From the NCBI GenBank assembly GCA_005191425.1, contig SUPR01000156.1:1-6309 (forward strand): a stretch of 6,309 bases of DNA, in the 5' to 3' direction. Source of the DNA: Candidatus Helarchaeota ASGARD archaeon Hel_GB_B (GTDB taxonomy: Archaea > Asgardarchaeota > Lokiarchaeia > Helarchaeales > HEL-GB-B). The position numbers and the translations under genes are program-made. How positions within the stretch are numbered: the first letter of the stretch is position 1; the number at the start of each line of letters is the position of its first letter. Positions 5,915 through 6,309 of the stretch are shown one piece after another. The notes beneath the pieces are model-generated. The model saw only the letters and a program-made list of their open reading frames with translations, ran no database searches and was not told the origin of the DNA.

Positions 5915-5960
5915 TAGCTACCGAGTAGCTTTAAAGCTACTCGGTAGCTAAAAACTCAAA
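5915..5960. repeat. Long palindromic element, copy 2 (perfect 36-bp palindrome plus an AACTCAAA tail)
   Basis: TAGCTACCGAGTAGCTTT|AAAGCTACTCGGTAGCTA at 5915-5950. It differs from copy 1 (437-483) by one substitution and one A in the tail. Confidence 0.92.
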
Positions 5961-6161
5961 TTTATTTTACTACGCATTCTCATATCTGTAATAATTACAT
6001 TACATATTTACGCATTTATGTAATAAATGCATTACATTACAGCAACCTGCCAACCTCTTTAGTAAAACTCATCTTTTTAAAAATTCACTTATTTTTATAT
6101 TAATTTAGATATTAGAAATTTTTACACTATTTAGTGTATATTATTACACTAGCAATACTAT

Positions 6162-6309
6162 TTACCTATAAATATCACTACTCTTCTCAATCCTCACATT
6201 AAAGCCGGTATTATCTTTTATAAAATTCCCTTCAATATCAACTTCAGAATTAATATCTGCAAATACGCCATAGCTTTTATTGTCTGTAATAATATTGTTT
6301 TTAATAATA
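6162..6309 (-). CDS. 3' end of a parallel beta-helix (PbH1/NosD-like) repeat protein; partial at the right edge
   Basis: Hand translation: IIKNNIITDNKSYGVFADINSEVDIEGNFIKDNTGFNVRIEKSSDIYR*. It contains two I..N.I..N..G.-type beta-helix repeats. Confidence 0.65.
   Translation of the reverse strand, partial: IIKNNIITDNKSYGVFADINSEVDIEGNFIKDNTGFNVRIEKSSDIYR

Noticed and set aside
6123-6138. TACACTA-TT-TAGTGTA hairpin after the beta-helix gene as a terminator
   Set aside because: The 7-bp AT-rich stem with a 2-nt loop is too weak to support a call.
1-6309. DGR reverse transcriptase, Avd or template repeat within the window
   Set aside because: No ORF has RT motifs such as YxDD, and I found no third, AAY-rich copy of the VR on either strand. 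The DGR call therefore rests on the VR-VR comparison only.

Overview
All genes in this AT-rich bacterial window lie on the minus strand. In transcription order (right to left) they are: the 3' end of a parallel beta-helix repeat protein, an AAA_14/DUF4143-type ATPase, a membrane-anchored DUF1566 (C-type-lectin-fold) protein, a GxxExxY/PD-(D/E)xK protein, a second paralogous DUF1566 protein, a second ATPase, and the 5' part of a third ATPase. The overall style suggests Patescibacteria/CPR, which is inference only; TGA is used as stop. The main signal is in the last ~150 nt of the two DUF1566 genes, which look like variable regions (VRs) of a diversity-generating retroelement (DGR). Their invariant codons are nucleotide-identical while most differences fall at positions 1/2 of NNY codons, and a canonical AAY-rich template can be reconstructed. 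I found no reverse transcriptase or template repeat (TR) in the window, so these would be remote (trans) targets. The intergenic spacers are dense in structure: a 37-bp inverted repeat bracketing the GxxExxY gene, a recurring AGCTAC-N3-GTAGCT palindrome unit (5 copies), a 3 x 32-bp palindromic tandem repeat, a perfect 20-bp inverted repeat over a promoter, a GTAG-type REP, and near-consensus sigma70 promoters before each ATPase.
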